64,000 nt of DNA from an uncultured Planctomycetota bacterium (GTDB lineage Bacteria > Planctomycetota > Planctomycetia > Isosphaerales > Isosphaeraceae). The stretch spans positions 74,875 to 138,874 of the forward strand of contig CAWJTV010000040.1 of assembly GCA_963845755.1 (NCBI GenBank). Reading direction: 5' to 3'. Positions 44,228-56,440 of the stretch are shown in pieces (the stretch's first letter is position 1; every line of letters begins with the position of its first letter). The position numbers and the translations under genes were made by a program. Below the pieces are notes generated by a model that was not told where the DNA came from, did no database searches, and was given only the letters and a program-made list of their open reading frames with translations.

Positions 44228-45297
44228 ATGCAACAACCCCGGCAGGCGAAGGCGTTGATCCGCGTCGAGGGCGAGCGAGGCGAGGCGTTGACGCTCCCCT
44301 CCGGCAGCGCCTACCCCGCCGGTAGCCGGATCAAGATCGAAACCGGCCGCTACCGCGCCGCGATCGCCACCGCCGGGTACGTCACGGGCGTCGCCGCCGG
44401 CTCGTTCGTCAACACGAAGACCGGCGCCCGCGACCTTGGATTCGGCCTGAGCATCGTCAACTTCTTGCTCGAACCGACCGACCCGAACCGAGCGATCCTT
44501 GCTGGCCAGTACACCTTCGGCCCCGGGGACAAGATCCACGGCAACATCCCCAAACGCTACGTCGAAGGACCCCAGATCTGCACCCAGGCCAGGCGGCTGA
44601 CCCCCCGCGTCTATCGCGGCGATGGCTTCGCAGCGATCCAGACTCGCTATCACTGGAACGTCGCCTACGCCCCCCATCCCCGGGCCGGTTCCGTCTGGGA
44701 GCAGACGCTCATCTTCCTCGAGGCGGAGCGCTTCTTCCTCGCGCCGACCGGGTCACCACCGTGGCCGAGTCGCCCTCACTGTTTCTCCGCGTGGACATGC
44801 CCGGCCACATCAAGCACCGGGACGGGATGGGCTTCGACCACGTTTACTTGAGTTATCACGACCCCTCGATCATCCCCTCGACCGAGTTCGTCGCCGACTT
44901 CGCCCCCGACGGGCGCTTCCTCTACCGCCGCGGCGAGTGGCCCTTGCCCAAGTGGTTCATCCGCGCCTATCAAGTGACCCTCCCCGGCGGCGATGACGGC
45001 CCCTGGCTCGCCGGCATGACCCTGAATTCCGAGGACGTCTATCAGGCCTGGTGCCATCAGCGAGGCTACGTCTGCTTGATCGAGGAACTCGGCGGCCGGC
45101 CCACCCGCCCCGGCGACACCTTCGGCGCCTGCTATCTGATCGGCTGGTTCGACGACCTCGACTCCATGCACCGGACGCACGACCGCTTCCGCGGCTGGAG
45201 TGGGCTGGTCCTGGAAGGGACGGCGGAGAAGCCGACCGGCTACAAGGGATTGAAGAAGGGGGACCTGACGGCGGTCCCGATGAATGATGGCGAATGA
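44228..45297 (+). CDS. hypothetical protein (two frames, probably one gene)
   Basis: Protein-like composition in ORFs 44228-44851 and 44761-45297; no motif recognised. Confidence 0.6.
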
Positions 45298-45416
45298 TTG
45301 ATTATAATGGCCGAGGATGGGTCGTAGACCGCCGAGCGGGTCCCGGAAGACGGCGCGGCCGCTCGTGATGGCATGTCGGCGATCCGAAGAAAGAAGCTGA
45401 GTATGAAAATACAAAA

Positions 45417-46129
45417 TTGAGTTTGAATGTGGATTCAGAAACCGCCCTGACGGCCGAAGCCAAGTACCGGGAACTGCTGGAGCGATACCCGGAGAACGTC
45501 TTCGTGAAAGACCAGCTGGCCGACATCCTTCGATCGCAAGGACGCGACGACGAGGCGGGCAGAATCCTCCCGTTCGAATCGGGGGGCTTGTTGAAGTATC
45601 ACTTGGGCCTCCTGACGCACGACGAACGCCTTCGTGAGCATCCCGATGATTGGGTCGAATACCTGAATCGAGGGATCTGGCATCATTGGCATCAGTCTTA
45701 CCAGGAGGCCCTTTCCGATTATGATCGGGCCATCAGGATTGCCCCGACCATCGCCTTCGCATGCTGTTCGGCGCGAGCTTGCGGGCAACGTGCCCTGAAG
45801 CGACATTCCGGGATGGTCCGAAGGCGCTCGAAGACGCCCGGGCAGCCATGAGCCTGGCGGAACGAGCGGGGGAGCTCATCGGGGACTGGCGGCAACGTAT
45901 TTATCTCCAGGTCTTGGCGGCCGCCCACGCGGAGAACGGCGATCTCCAGGAAGCGATCGCAGTCCAGTCCCTGGCCGTTGACCTGGCCCTGACCTGGAGG
46001 GCGAGGTCGGAGATCAGTCAAAGACTGGAGCAATATCGATCGGGGAATCCGATCAGGGACGAGATGGGACTGCTGAGAATCGGCTTCAGCCCTTCGGCCC
46101 TTGGGCCAGGCTCCAGGGCACTCGGGTAG
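45417..46129 (+). CDS. TPR-repeat protein (frameshifted; start uncertain)
   Basis: YLNRGIW...EALSDYDRAIRIAP; ATCPEATFRDGPKALEDA...LAAAHAENGD. Confidence 0.75.
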
Positions 46130-46496
46130 ACTCGCCGGGAGGCGAGCGCCGACCTGATGGTCTTCGATACCGGCTCTCTTTCGCGGCAACCGAATCTTCT
46201 ACCGACGCCCATGCCGGACCCGCTCCGATCAACCGTGCGTCGGTGCCGACGATCGCCTCGGCGCGGCGGCCAGTTGGGCCTCCGGCGTGCCGCTCGATTC
46301 GAGTTCCGTCACTGACTCCTCGACAATGATGATGCAGCCCGTGTCGAATGAGCGTTCAGGAAGGCCAGCCGGGGTCCCCGTCATCGCATTCAACCGTGAT
46401 CGGGGAAAGACCAAACCACCCTGACTCCACGACATCCCCGTCGGCAATCCTTCGATCATCGTCCTCCTCGATCTCGCCAAGCTGGGGTAAAGTCTC

Positions 46497-46802
46497 ATGC
46501 TGATCGTCCACGTCCATATCCAGGTGAAACCCGACCAGGTGGATGTCTTCAAGGCCGCTTGCATCGAGAACTCGCGGAACAGCTTGCAAGAGCCGGGCAT
46601 CGCGCGGTTCGACGTGCTACAGCAGCAGGACGATCCGACGCGGTTCCTGCTGGTGGAGGTCTACCGTTCCGCCGAGGCCCCGGCGGCCCACAAGCAGACC
46701 GCGCATTACCGGGAGTGGACTGAGACCGTGGCGGACATGATGGCCGTACCGCGATCCAGCGTGAAGTTCGACAGGGTCTACCCGGTAGAGGGACTCCCAT
46801 GA
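46497..46802 (+). CDS. antibiotic-biosynthesis-monooxygenase (LsrG-like) protein
   Basis: [11 protein letters not shown]...FLLVEVY...[11 protein letters not shown]. Confidence 0.9.
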   Translation: MLIVHVHIQVKPDQVDVFKAACIENSRNSLQEPGIARFDVLQQQDDPTRFLLVEVYRSAEAPAAHKQTAHYREWTETVADMMAVPRSSVKFDRVYPVEGLP

Positions 46803-47948
46803 CGTTCGAATTCGCTACCGCCGGACGTATCCTCTTCGGACGCGGCAAGTCGCAGCAGATCCCCACCTTGGCCCGGGATCTCGGCCGCCGCGCCTTGGTG
46901 GTCCTGGGAGGCTCCAGCCGGGGATGCCAGGCGCTGACGGAAGGGCTGAGCGACGCTGGCGTCCGCCCGGTGGTCTTCAACGTGAGCGGGGAGCCCACCA
47001 CCCACCTGGTGGACCAGGCGACCGGGATCGCTCGCTCTGAAGGATGCGACGTGGTGATCTCCGTGGGCGGCGGCAGCGTGATCGACGCCGGCAAGGCCGT
47101 GGCGGCCCTGCTCGCGAATCCGGGAGAGGTCCGGGATTACCTGGAGCTGGCGGGAGGTGGAAAACCGTTGCTCGAGCGCGGAATGCCGTTCGTCGCCGTC
47201 CCCACCACGGCCGGCACGGGCTCCGAGGTGACCCGCAACGCCGTGCTCGACGTCCCCGAGCACAAGGTGAAGGCGAGCCTGCGGAGCCCTCACCTGCTGG
47301 CCCGACTGGCCGTCGTCGATCCCGATCTCACCCTGTCGCTCCCGCCGACGATCACCGCCTACACCGGCATGGATGCGCTGACCCAGTTGATCGAACCGTT
47401 CGCCAGCAACGCCGCCAACCCGTTGACCGACGGCGTCTGCCGCGAGGGGCTCACGCGGGCGGCACGATCGCTGGCGAGGGCCTATCGCGACGGGTCCGAC
47501 GTCGCGGCTCGCGAGGATATGGCCCTCGCCTCCCTCTTCGGCGGGATCGCCCTGGCGAACGCCAGACTCGGTGCCGTGCACGGGTTCGCCAGCGTCCTGG
47601 GCGGGACCACTGGCCATGCCCATGGTGCCATCTGCGCGGCTCCTCCCCTTCGTCATGGAGGCCAACATCCGCGCAGTCAGCGAACGGGGCGATCCGACCA
47701 TCATCCAACGGTATATCGAAATCGCCCGGGTCTTGACCGGCGACCCCGAGGCAGACGCCTGGGGCGGAGTCTCCTGGGTGCGCGGGCTCTGCGCCGAGAT
47801 GAACATCCCGCCCCTGGGGGTGGCTGGTCTGTCCCTCACCGATTGCGGACGGCTCATCCCGCTCGTCCAGCGCGCCAGCAGCATGCAGGGTAACCCCGTG
47901 AAGCTCTCCGATCAGGAACTGAGCGGCATCCTCGAAGCATCGCGCTAA
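46799..47948 (+). CDS. iron-containing alcohol dehydrogenase (frameshifted)
   Basis: [41 protein letters not shown]. Confidence 0.93.
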
Positions 47949-48132
47949 GGTCAGAATCGGTTCCACGTTGACGTTCATGCGACGTCAAGGGAGGAGTGAT
48001 CGTGGCTTCTCGCATGCCTGACATCCGGATCACGTTCTTGCTGGTGGCCTCGACGCTCCTCATCTTTGTACTTCCGTTCTGGGCATGGGGGAAGGTCCGT
48101 GGTCTGCTTGCACACCCGGCGCGGGCCGGGAC

Positions 48133-48157
48133 TTTTCTCCGTTGTTATCGGAACCCC
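48133..48157 (-). repeat. Tn3-like IR relic, copy of 16330-16354
   Basis: TTTTCTCCGTTGTTATCGGAACCCC. Confidence 0.6.
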
Positions 48158-48207
48158 GGGATCGCCGACCGACTACGAACCGACCGCGTTGCCAAGCAGG
48201 TGAGGAG

Positions 48208-48560
48208 ATGGCCCACCAATTCGTCCGCGAGCCCCTCCGGACTGAAGAGGCCGATCGGCTCGCCAACGCTTGCCGGAGCCCCGAGAAGAAGCTGATCGTC
48301 TGGACCCTGCTGGATACCGGACTCCGAGTCTCGGAACTCTACGCCTTGACCCTGGACAACGTCCAGTGGCAGCAACGCTCCCTCCGCGTCACGGGCAAGG
48401 TCGGCCCCCACGGCTCGCGGCGCAAACAACGGATCGTCCCGCTCTCCACGCGGGTCCGCGCGATCCTGGAGCCTTATTTCGCCCTGAACGACGCCCGGTT
48501 CGTCGGCACACGTCAGGCCCAGAAGATCGTGAAACGGGTCGCGAACTGCGCCCAGCTCGG
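48208..48560 (+). pseudogene. 3'-truncated small tyrosine recombinase
   Basis: LLDTGLRVSEL, VTGK, RIVPL present; HxxR and Tyr half missing, replaced by an IR relic. Confidence 0.8.
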
Positions 48561-48572
48561 GGCTCACGGTGC

Positions 48573-48608
48573 CAATGGCCCATTTTTTCTCGAATCGTTG
48601 CCATACCC
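48573..48608 (-). repeat. Tn3-like IR relic, copy of 25856-25891
   Basis: CAATGGCCCATTTTTTCTCGAATCGTTGCCATACCC. Confidence 0.6.
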
Positions 48609-48622
48609 GGGCTACGGCGCCA

Positions 48623-48650
48623 ACGTCCGATAATCGCGATTATGTTCGCT
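48623..48650 (+). other. dif-like site C: ACGTCCGATAA-TCGCGA-TTATGTTCGCT
   Basis: Arms identical to site A, different spacer, opposite orientation. Confidence 0.7.
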
Positions 48651-48988
48651 TGTGATCAGTCACTTAGGATGTGCCGATTCTGCGGACGTCCTGACGACCG
48701 CTCTCGCTGGGCCCCGGGTACGGGGCTCATGCTGGGTTCCATCCGATCGCAACGGATTTGCCGCCTGTGGCGGCCGGCTCCCAAGTCAGGCTGACAACAA
48801 GCCTCGTGCCGGCGATATGTTTGTTTCACCCAGGCCGCATGACTGATCTGCATGCGAGCCGCTTTATCACGACAACTCGCCGTGCTACACTCCCCACATC
48901 GCAAGGCGACCGACACCTGCCGAACGGCTCCGATCTTGTTCTACCGGGGTGGATGCACAGGACGAGGTAACGATCAAGGAGGAATCCG

Positions 48989-50120
48989 ATGGCCAAGAAG
49001 CGCGGCACGAGGCCCAAGGCGAAACACCAAATCGTCAAGGCTGGCGGCCTGCTCCCGGAAGGATATGAGGAATTCCTCAGTGAGCTCAAGGAACGCATCC
49101 GCACCGCCCGCCTTCGCGCCTCCCTCGCCGCCAACCGTGAACTCATCGCACTCTACTGGCACATCGGCCGGTCCGTCGTCGAGAAACAAAAGACCAGCGG
49201 CTGGGGCCATGCCGTGATCGCTCACCTGGGCGACGACCTTCAGAAGGCATTTCCCGGCGAGAGCGGGTTCTCGCGGACCAACGTCTACCGCATGCGGGCC
49301 CTGTTCCTGGCCTACCAGGGGGTTGAGAAAATCGTCCCACAACTTGTGGGACAAATCTCTGAAACCGGGCTCCCGCTGGCCGTTGCGGAACTCCCCTGGG
49401 GCCAAAACGTCATCCTGATCGAGCAGATCAAGGATCTCCGCGAGCGGCTCTGGTATGCCCGGGCGACCTTCGAGAACGGCTGGAGCCGGGCCGTCCTCGT
49501 TCACTGGATCGAGAGCGACCTCTACAAGCGCCAGGGCAAGGCCCAGACGAACTTCGCGAAGACGCTCCCAGCCCTCCAGTCCGACCTCGCCAGGGAGACG
49601 CTGAAGGATCCTTACAAGTTCAGCTTCTTGACGATCGCGGAGGACGCCGAGGAGCGGGAACTTGAGCAGGGGCTCGTGGCTCACATCCGTCAGTTCCTCA
49701 TCGAGTTGGGGGCTGGGTTCGCCTTCCTCGGCCAGCAGTATCGGCTCGAGATCGGCGGCGAAGACTATTATCTCGATCTCCTGTTTTATCATGTGAAATT
49801 ACGATGTTATATCGTAATCGACCTCAAAGGGACGCCCTTCAAGCCGGAATACGCCGGGAAGATGAACTTCTATTTATCCGCCGTAGACGACCTGCTCCGG
49901 CATCCCGACGACCAACCCTCGATCGGAATTATCCTCTGCAAGACGAAGAACGAGGTGGTCGCCGAGTATGCGCCTGCGCGATCTGGCCAAGCCCGTCGGC
50001 ATCTCCAGCTACGTCACCAAGCTCGTCGAGTCGCTGCCGCCCGCCTTGCGCGGGAAGCTGCCGAGCCCGAAGGCGTTGGAGGCGGAACTGAAGAGGGACG
50101 ACATCCCGGAGGGGGAGTAA
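48989..50120 (+). CDS. DUF1016/YhcG PD-(D/E)XK nuclease-domain protein (frameshift near the 3' end)
   Basis: ANRELIALYWHIG, LKDPYKFSFL, ELGAGFAF, YYLDLLFYH, GKMNFYLSAVDD. Confidence 0.92.
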
Positions 50121-50749
50121 TAAACAAAGACCTCGCGCAAAGTTTGGCCAAGGCGCTGGCCGTGGCCTGCGTGCGCAACACATTCCTCGAGGATCTGTAC
50201 GCCGGTATCAGCCCCTCATCACGGGCGGGCGACCATTCCGACGTGACGGTGGTGACTCCGTATCCCGAAGCTCACCGGCGGGATGTGCGACTGCGCGATT
50301 ACCACGCGGCCATGAAGGCCAAGTACGAACGCCTGGCCCGCTATCCGTGGCTCTCTGCGGAGCCCGACCCGCCGGAGCCTGAGTAGCCCTGGTCTAGCCG
50401 GGAGTCGCCAGCTCCCGGCTCCGCTTCTCCGCTCCGAGCAGCTCCCACACCCAGAACGTCACGGGCGTCTTGTTCCGCCCTGGGTTGTTTGGACACCTTG
50501 TCGAGGTTAATAACCGGACCGCCGGAACGCTATGCACCGCTGGGTCGTCTGAGCACTCGCTGGTCATGAGGCCGTTCACCGCACCGATACCGCAGAGGAG
50601 CGGCATCGTGAAACTCGTTTAGGAGCGCGAGGCGAAGGCGGCGGAGAATTCAAACTGACCCACTACCGAAGGTTGACGCGATGCGCCCGTCCAGCCTAGA
50701 GTGGTAGGATGTAACAATGCCGGGATCGTCCAGCTGCAGGGGTAGCGCC

Positions 50750-51784
50750 ATGACCGCGCCGTACGAGATGAACCGCCGGGCATTCATGAAGACCACCGCC
50801 GCCGCCTCCGCCACGGCGGCCGTCGCGCCGACGGCGCGGGCCCAGGACTGCGCCGGCCGACGGCCTGATCCACCGCAACGAGCGGAGCGGCATGCCCTAC
50901 CGCAAGCTCGGCCGGACGAATTTCATGTGCAGCCGCCTCGTCTTCGGCGGCGGCGCGGCGTTGATGGGCGGGAAGGCCGTCCGGTTGCTCAACGCGGCGT
51001 TCGACGCGGGCGTGAACTTCTACGATCTCGGCTCCAACGCCTATTACAAGGGGAGCGAGGCGCCTTCGCCCCCTTCCTCGCGGCGCACCGCGGCAAGATC
51101 TGGGTCACGTCCAAAGCGCCGTTGCGTCCCATTGACGGCTACGAGCCGGGCAAGCCTCTGACCGTCGAGCAAGGCAGGTTTCTGGCCGATTACTGGACGG
51201 GGCTGCTCAATGCGAGCCTCGCCGATCTGGGTACCGACTATGTGGACGCCTACTACCTCATGGGCGTCGGAGAGCCGGAGGTCGTCCGTTGCGAGCAACT
51301 GCATGAGGCCTTCCTCAAGGCGAAACAGGCCGGGAAGGTGGGCCATTGGGGCGTGAGTACCCACAAGCGGGCGCAGCAAGTGCTCGAGGCCATGATTGGA
51401 ACCGGCTGGTACGACCTCGCCATGATCGCCATCACCCCCGCCGGGTGGTACGACTGGGATTCGAAGAGTCTCCTTCCCGGCACGCCGGCGATGGACGAGC
51501 TTCAGCCCACGCTGCAGCGCGCCCGAGACGCCGGCATCGGTCTCGTCGGTATGAAGGCGGCCCGCTACTTGTCGTCCCGCGGCGGTAAGGCGTTGGAGAA
51601 CGCCTTCGACGGGCACTACAGCGACAAGCTGATGCAATCGGGGCTTTCGCCCTGGCAACGGTCCTACGCGTTTGTCCTCGCCCACGGCGTCAACGTGGTC
51701 AATTCAGACATGCAGAACTTCGCCCATTTCAAAGAGAACCTCGCAGCGGTTCAGCGCTCGGCGGAGCTCTTCGTCAGGGCTTGA
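50750..51784 (+). CDS. Tat-exported aldo/keto reductase (frameshifted)
   Basis: NRRAFMK Tat motif; MPYRKLGRT, GVNFYD, SLADLGTDYVD, GVSTH, GMK. Confidence 0.85.
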   Translation: MTAPYEMNRRAFMKTTAAASATAAVAPTARAQDCAGRRPDPPQRAERHALPQARPDEFHVQPPRLRRRRGVDGREGRPVAQRGVRRGRELLRSRLQRLLQGERGAFAPFLAAHRGKIWVTSKAPLRPIDGYEPGKPLTVEQGRFLADYWTGLLNASLADLGTDYVDAYYLMGVGEPEVVRCEQLHEAFLKAKQAGKVGHWGVSTHKRAQQVLEAMIGTGWYDLAMIAITPAGWYDWDSKSLLPGTPAMDELQPTLQRARDAGIGLVGMKAARYLSSRGGKALENAFDGHYSDKLMQSGLSPWQRSYAFVLAHGVNVVNSDMQNFAHFKENLAAVQRSAELFVRA

Positions 51785-51957
51785 TCGACGCCGCCCGATG
51801 GTATCCTTCGGCGGCGGCGCTAGGCGCACCATTCGCCGGGCCGATATGCCCTCGATGCGGGCGAACGGTCTGTCGATGATGCTGGAGGAGCTGGAGGTTG
51901 GCCCCGATCCGAACGGAATGGCCAACCTCTTGGCCTATCAGCAGACGCCGCGCCAGG

Positions 51958-54263
51958 TCATTTCGGCATCCTCAGTCCTTTGAGCAGGAAGGTCATGGCC
52001 TTGACGGCCGCGTCGCGGCCCTTGACCGCCGTGACGCCGGCGATGACGTCGCCGACTTGGCAGGCGCCGTCGAAGTCGCCGCCGCCCACCTCGGCGAACA
52101 TGACCGACGCCCCTTCGATTTTGGCCGGTTCGGCCATGTCGCCGAATTCTTCGAGGGGGGCCTTGTACTTGGCCAGGACTTCTGCGGCGTTAGGCGAACG
52201 GCAGAAATTAATTTACCTGCAAGACAGGCGTTTTCGGCTTGATCGTGATGTCATACTTCGGTAACGCCGCCAAACGCTCCAGGGCGCTTCGTACTCCTTC
52301 ATCTCCTTGGCCGGAACTCGTACGCCATCGGGATACTCGCCATGGAGCCGCTTCACCGTCGGGTGCCGACCCTTCCAGACCATCCGGAGGCGCATTGCAG
52401 CACGACCTTCAGACAGGTCAATAAGACGCCGTTCCATTTCTTCTCCAACGCCGACCAGCAGCGTTCGATCGGATTGTATTTGCTGTGATAAGGGGGATAG
52501 TACACCAAGCGAATCTCCAATCCCGACCCGTCGGCGAATTCCACCATCCGTTTCAAGAACTGGGTCCGCCGGCCTGAGTTCTTCGGGCCGTTGTTGACGT
52601 AGATCACCAAGCGTTTGATATGTCCCAAACCCGACCGGACCTCCAGCCACCACATCCTCAAGGCATCGACCCAGGCATCGCTGGTCTGCGCTCGCCAAAC
52701 AGAAGCATCAACGCGCCCGTTGCCATCATCAGGACGCCGAAGGGAACCAGTTTCTCCTTGGCGGGCGGATCATGGTCCCATCCCTTGGTCACTTCACCGT
52801 CGGCGTCAGTCCGGGTTTTTTCCCCCCCGAGCGTAATCGCCCAATCCCACCTTGGCTTTGGTATCCATGGAGATCTCCAGAGTTTCCGGATCGGCCCGCG
52901 CCTGTTCCCGTACGGTCTTGATGTTGGCGAAGATCGCGTCGGTTTCTTTGGTCTTCTTCAGCGGTTTGCCCTTCTGAATCCGCTTGAGCCGATAGTTCAT
53001 CCGATTGAGGATGTCCCGCATCGTGCGCTCGCTGGGCAACTCCTCGAGGGCATAGCCTTTGGCGATCAGGGCGTCGCGCACCTCAGCCGCCGACAAGTTG
53101 GTGTACCGCCGCGGCGACTTGAGTTCCGGATCGGCGTGCGAATGGGGTCCCACGATGGCGCGGATATCGGTCGCCAATTGGGGATCTTGTCTTCGCTGCG
53201 CGGCCGGCCCCGTGCGGCAAAATCCTCCAGACACCGGAGGCCTTGCCGGGCCTCATGGAGTCCTTTCTCGACCGTCTCGCGCCCCCAGCCGAAACGGCGT
53301 TCGGCTTTGCGAGCGCTGCCGTTGCACAATTCGGTAGCGACCTCGGCGAGGAACAAGCGGCGCTGGTATCCGGTCAGGCGCTTGGCGCCGGAACGAAGCA
53401 AGTCATCAACGCAGGCGGCGGACGTGTCCATGAGCGTGACCCCCCTCGTGGGACAAGACAATCCTCAAGGAACAGTCTCGCATCCCGCGGGATGGCCGGA
53501 TACCTCAGTTCTTGGGTAGGATTCCACTTACCGATCGCTTAGCAGCTGATTTGCATCGCGCGACGAAGGCGGTGAACTCGAAGTCACCGTCGCGGTATTG
53601 GGCCGTGAACGCGTTGGTCAGGAAGTCGAGACCTAGGGCATCGACCATGAGGTATTGGACCGTATCGTCGATCCGGTTCTTCGCCGGGAGCATGGCGAGA
53701 CCCCATAGCTCCGCCGCTTCGCCTTTCAGGCGATTCACCAGCGTATCGGCCAAGGCCGATGCCGCTCTCTGGACCTCCTTGTCGGGTCCCGATGTCAGGA
53801 TCGACGCATAGTATTGGCCCTTCCGGAAGAATAAATCGGCCGCGGTGCGGTGGCCGCCGTCGCCGATTGCGATGGACTTGCTGCCAGACGAGTGCTCGAC
53901 CGAATAGACGCCGAAGGCGCCGAGGGGGGTGGTGATGTCGTAGAGGAAGACGTCGATGAACTTGGATGGGTCGTCCGCTTTGGAGAAGGTGACGAAGGTC
54001 ATGCCAGTCACGTCGTAGGACTGAAACAGTTCGGACCGGCCGTCGATCTTCTCGTACAAGTTGGCTTCGGTGTAGCGTTCAACAAGGCTCTTTTTCGTGA
54101 AGCCCTCGGGCGTGAGAGCCTCGAGTGCCCGGGCGATGGTTTCCGTCTTGGCCTTCATTTCGGGCGTGATCCGGGGGGGATCGTCTTTGACGGAGCCGAC
54201 GGAGTCCTGGGCGGCGACGAAGACGGGAAATACAAACGGCAGCGCGGCCAGCAATCCTCTCAT
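51958..54263 (-). pseudogene. secreted DUF6599-like protein split by ISAzo13
   Basis: NLYEKIDGRSELFQSY...AFGVYSVE; the frame is restored as CKSAANAAEVLAKY...GLRMPK* after removing the IS. Confidence 0.75.
52194..53538 (-). mobile_element. ISAzo13-family element; transposase about 53431-52213, frameshifted
   Basis: Imperfect IRs GCGA.CGG.A; TTAG direct repeat (52190-52193, 53539-53542); ISMDTKAKV, NNGPKNS, YYPPYHSKYNPIER. Confidence 0.9.
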
Positions 54264-54628
54264 GGGATACTCCTTTTTCGGGGTTGTTTTTACGGTATGG
54301 GATAGACGCCGCGAAAGGCAAGACCTTTGGAGATAGCGTCGTCAGGTTGGTCCCTGCGGGCGGTTCGGCCTGTCGAGGGCGGACAGCAATCCCTGGCGGG
54401 CCGGAGGCCCCACATCGCTTAGCAGTTCCTCCACGGCCATCACGGGGCACATCTCCGTTGGTCAAGAATTGCACGCTACGCCAAGCTGAGGCAGGTACGG
54501 GAAGGCCAGATCGGAAAGGGAGGCCTGTTCGAGATCGGAATCGATCTGGCGTCGGGGACGCACAGGGCTGTGTGGCACTCGCTGATGGATTTGATCGGTT
54601 GACCGAGCGCTGGCCGCCCGGCTGAGAT

Positions 54629-54657
54629 ATGTCCGGTAATAAGTGTTTATGTTCGCT
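54629..54657 (+). other. dif-like site D: ATGTCCGGTAA-TAAGTGT-TTATGTTCGCT (7-bp spacer)
   Basis: Right arm identical to A and C, left arm 9/11; the extra spacer base may be an indel. Confidence 0.55.
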
Positions 54658-54878
54658 GACGATTGATGCCCGCAACGCCCGCGTAGTTGATACCGCCCTG
54701 GTCTCGAAGCGATTCCGCCTCGAGTCACCGCGATTCTCGTTGCGACAGGCCATGGGCCGCGTTAGCTTGCAGGTCGGTAAGTCTGTTCCCGATGTCGGCG
54801 CTTGACCCGGTCCGCGATGGCAACGGCCGCCGCACCACGCGTAGACCGTAGGTTCGGATGCGGCGAAGGCGAGGGATA

Positions 54879-55766
54879 ATGATGGTCAACTACATCTCGG
54901 CCCTGGTGTTCGTGATTCTGCTATTGGTGGGTGCGGGGGTCGTCGCGCCGCTGACGACAATCAACCCTGTCCTCGCCGTGGTCGTTGGGATCGTCTGGCT
55001 GATCGCTGACGTGATCACCTCCGCTGCCATTCAGCTCGCCGCGCAGTGGCAAAGAGCGGTCGTCTTCCGGCTGGGCAAGTTCAAGGACATCAGGGGGCCG
55101 GGCCTGTTCTTCATCATCCCGGTGATCGAGCAGGTCCGGATGATCGACACGCGGGTCCTGGCAGTCCACATTCCCAAGCAGCAGGTGATCACTCGCGACA
55201 ATGTGCCAGTGACGATCGACGCCGCCCTGTTTTTCCGGGTGGTCAACGCCGCCGACGCGATCATCATGGTGCAGGATTACCGCAACATCATCCTGCAGTA
55301 TGCCCAGACCTCGCTCCGCGACATCATCGGCCAGGGGACCCTGGACCAGCTCTTGACCGAACGGGAGCAGATCGCCAAGGCGATCGAAGCCCATGTCGAG
55401 CGTGATACCAAGGGATGGGGGCTGGACGTCACGGGCCTGCGGTTCCAGGACGTCGATATGCCCGAGGAACTCAAGAAGATGATGTCACGGCAGGCCTCGG
55501 CCGAGCGCGAGAAGCGGGCCACAATCACCAAGGCCGAGGGCGACAAGGAGGCGTCCGTCAACCTTGCCGCCGCCGCCCGGACCATGGCCGAGAGTCCCGG
55601 GGCTATGCAGTTGCGCACCCTCCAAACCATCGACGGCCTGGGAGCGTCCGCCTCCAACACGGTAGTGATTGCCGTGCCCGTCGAGCTGATGGACGTCTGG
55701 GCCAAGCTTGATCGCAGCGCCGGCATCGGCCGCACGAGCGTTGCCGAGCCGGGACCACGCACTTGA
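54879..55766 (+). CDS. SPFH/band-7 stomatin-like (slipin) protein
   Basis: RAVVFRLGK...GPGLFFIIP, ITRDNV, AQTSLRDIIG, QASAEREKRA, AMQLRTLQT. Confidence 0.93.
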   Translation: MMVNYISALVFVILLLVGAGVVAPLTTINPVLAVVVGIVWLIADVITSAAIQLAAQWQRAVVFRLGKFKDIRGPGLFFIIPVIEQVRMIDTRVLAVHIPKQQVITRDNVPVTIDAALFFRVVNAADAIIMVQDYRNIILQYAQTSLRDIIGQGTLDQLLTEREQIAKAIEAHVERDTKGWGLDVTGLRFQDVDMPEELKKMMSRQASAEREKRATITKAEGDKEASVNLAAAARTMAESPGAMQLRTLQTIDGLGASASNTVVIAVPVELMDVWAKLDRSAGIGRTSVAEPGPRT

Positions 55767-55837
55767 CGGCCTTGACCTGAGCTGGAAAACCCCAAATGGG
55801 GCTCAAGCCTTCTCAAGGCTATCCAACAACGCCTTGA

Positions 55838-56290
55838 GTATCGACGATCGACAGGACGCAGAAGGGGCCGTCATACAACTCATCGGCGGCGATGTACCCG
55901 GAGAAGCCGTCGAGGGCCCAATCGAGGTAATCGGCCCCGATGCGATCGGCCGCCTTTTTTTCTACGGTGGCAAAAGTGACTTGGATTTGACGTAAGTCGT
56001 TATTCTTCGGTCAGGGCGCCGACCATCGCGAAAGGACTTACGGCAATTCCCAGCAATTTTTGCCGTCCGAGTTTTTTTTCCCCTGGCCTCCACCCAGTTC
56101 TGGATGGTGGCGAAGGGGACGAAGACGCGGTGGTCGCGCCAGAGATGCCAACTGGCGGCCTGATAGGGTAAGCCGTCCTCCACGGCCAGGGCCACGACCC
56201 GGTGGGTGTAGCGGGCCTTGGGCGCGGCCAGGTCGGACAGGTCGGCGGTGAAGAATCGGCGGCACCGAGTGCAGTGGTGCTGGGAATCGG
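55838..56290 (-). pseudogene. transposase relic interrupted by a MITE at its G4-A-run
   Basis: HCTRCRRFFTADLSDLA...WHLWRDHRVFVPFATIQNWVEARGKK | AADRIGADYLDWALDGFSGYIAADELYDGPFCVLSIVD; boundaries approximate. Confidence 0.7.
55962..56071. mobile_element. 110-bp MITE with ISNCY-like ends
   Basis: Ends CTACGGTGGCAAAAGTGAC / CTCGGACGGCAAAAATTGC; poly-T on both flanks; internal CGTAAGTC...GACTTACG inverted repeat. Confidence 0.75.
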
Positions 56291-56440
56291 TAGGCCGGTG
56301 GCATAATCCGGGAGGGGATGCGATTCATCCTCGTTTGCGATGGCCGGGCACGGACCCACAGCATCCGTGCCGTGCCCCTCTCGAACCGATGGCACGCCTC
56401 GGTTCCCTCCGGTACCCCTGCCCGATCCTTGGCGTGCCCT

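Noticed and set aside
50121..50386. C-terminal extension of the 465-aa DUF1016 ORF
   Set aside because: It arises from a frameshift near 49972. The true gene ends at 50120, and the tail is a chimera of unrelated gene fragments.
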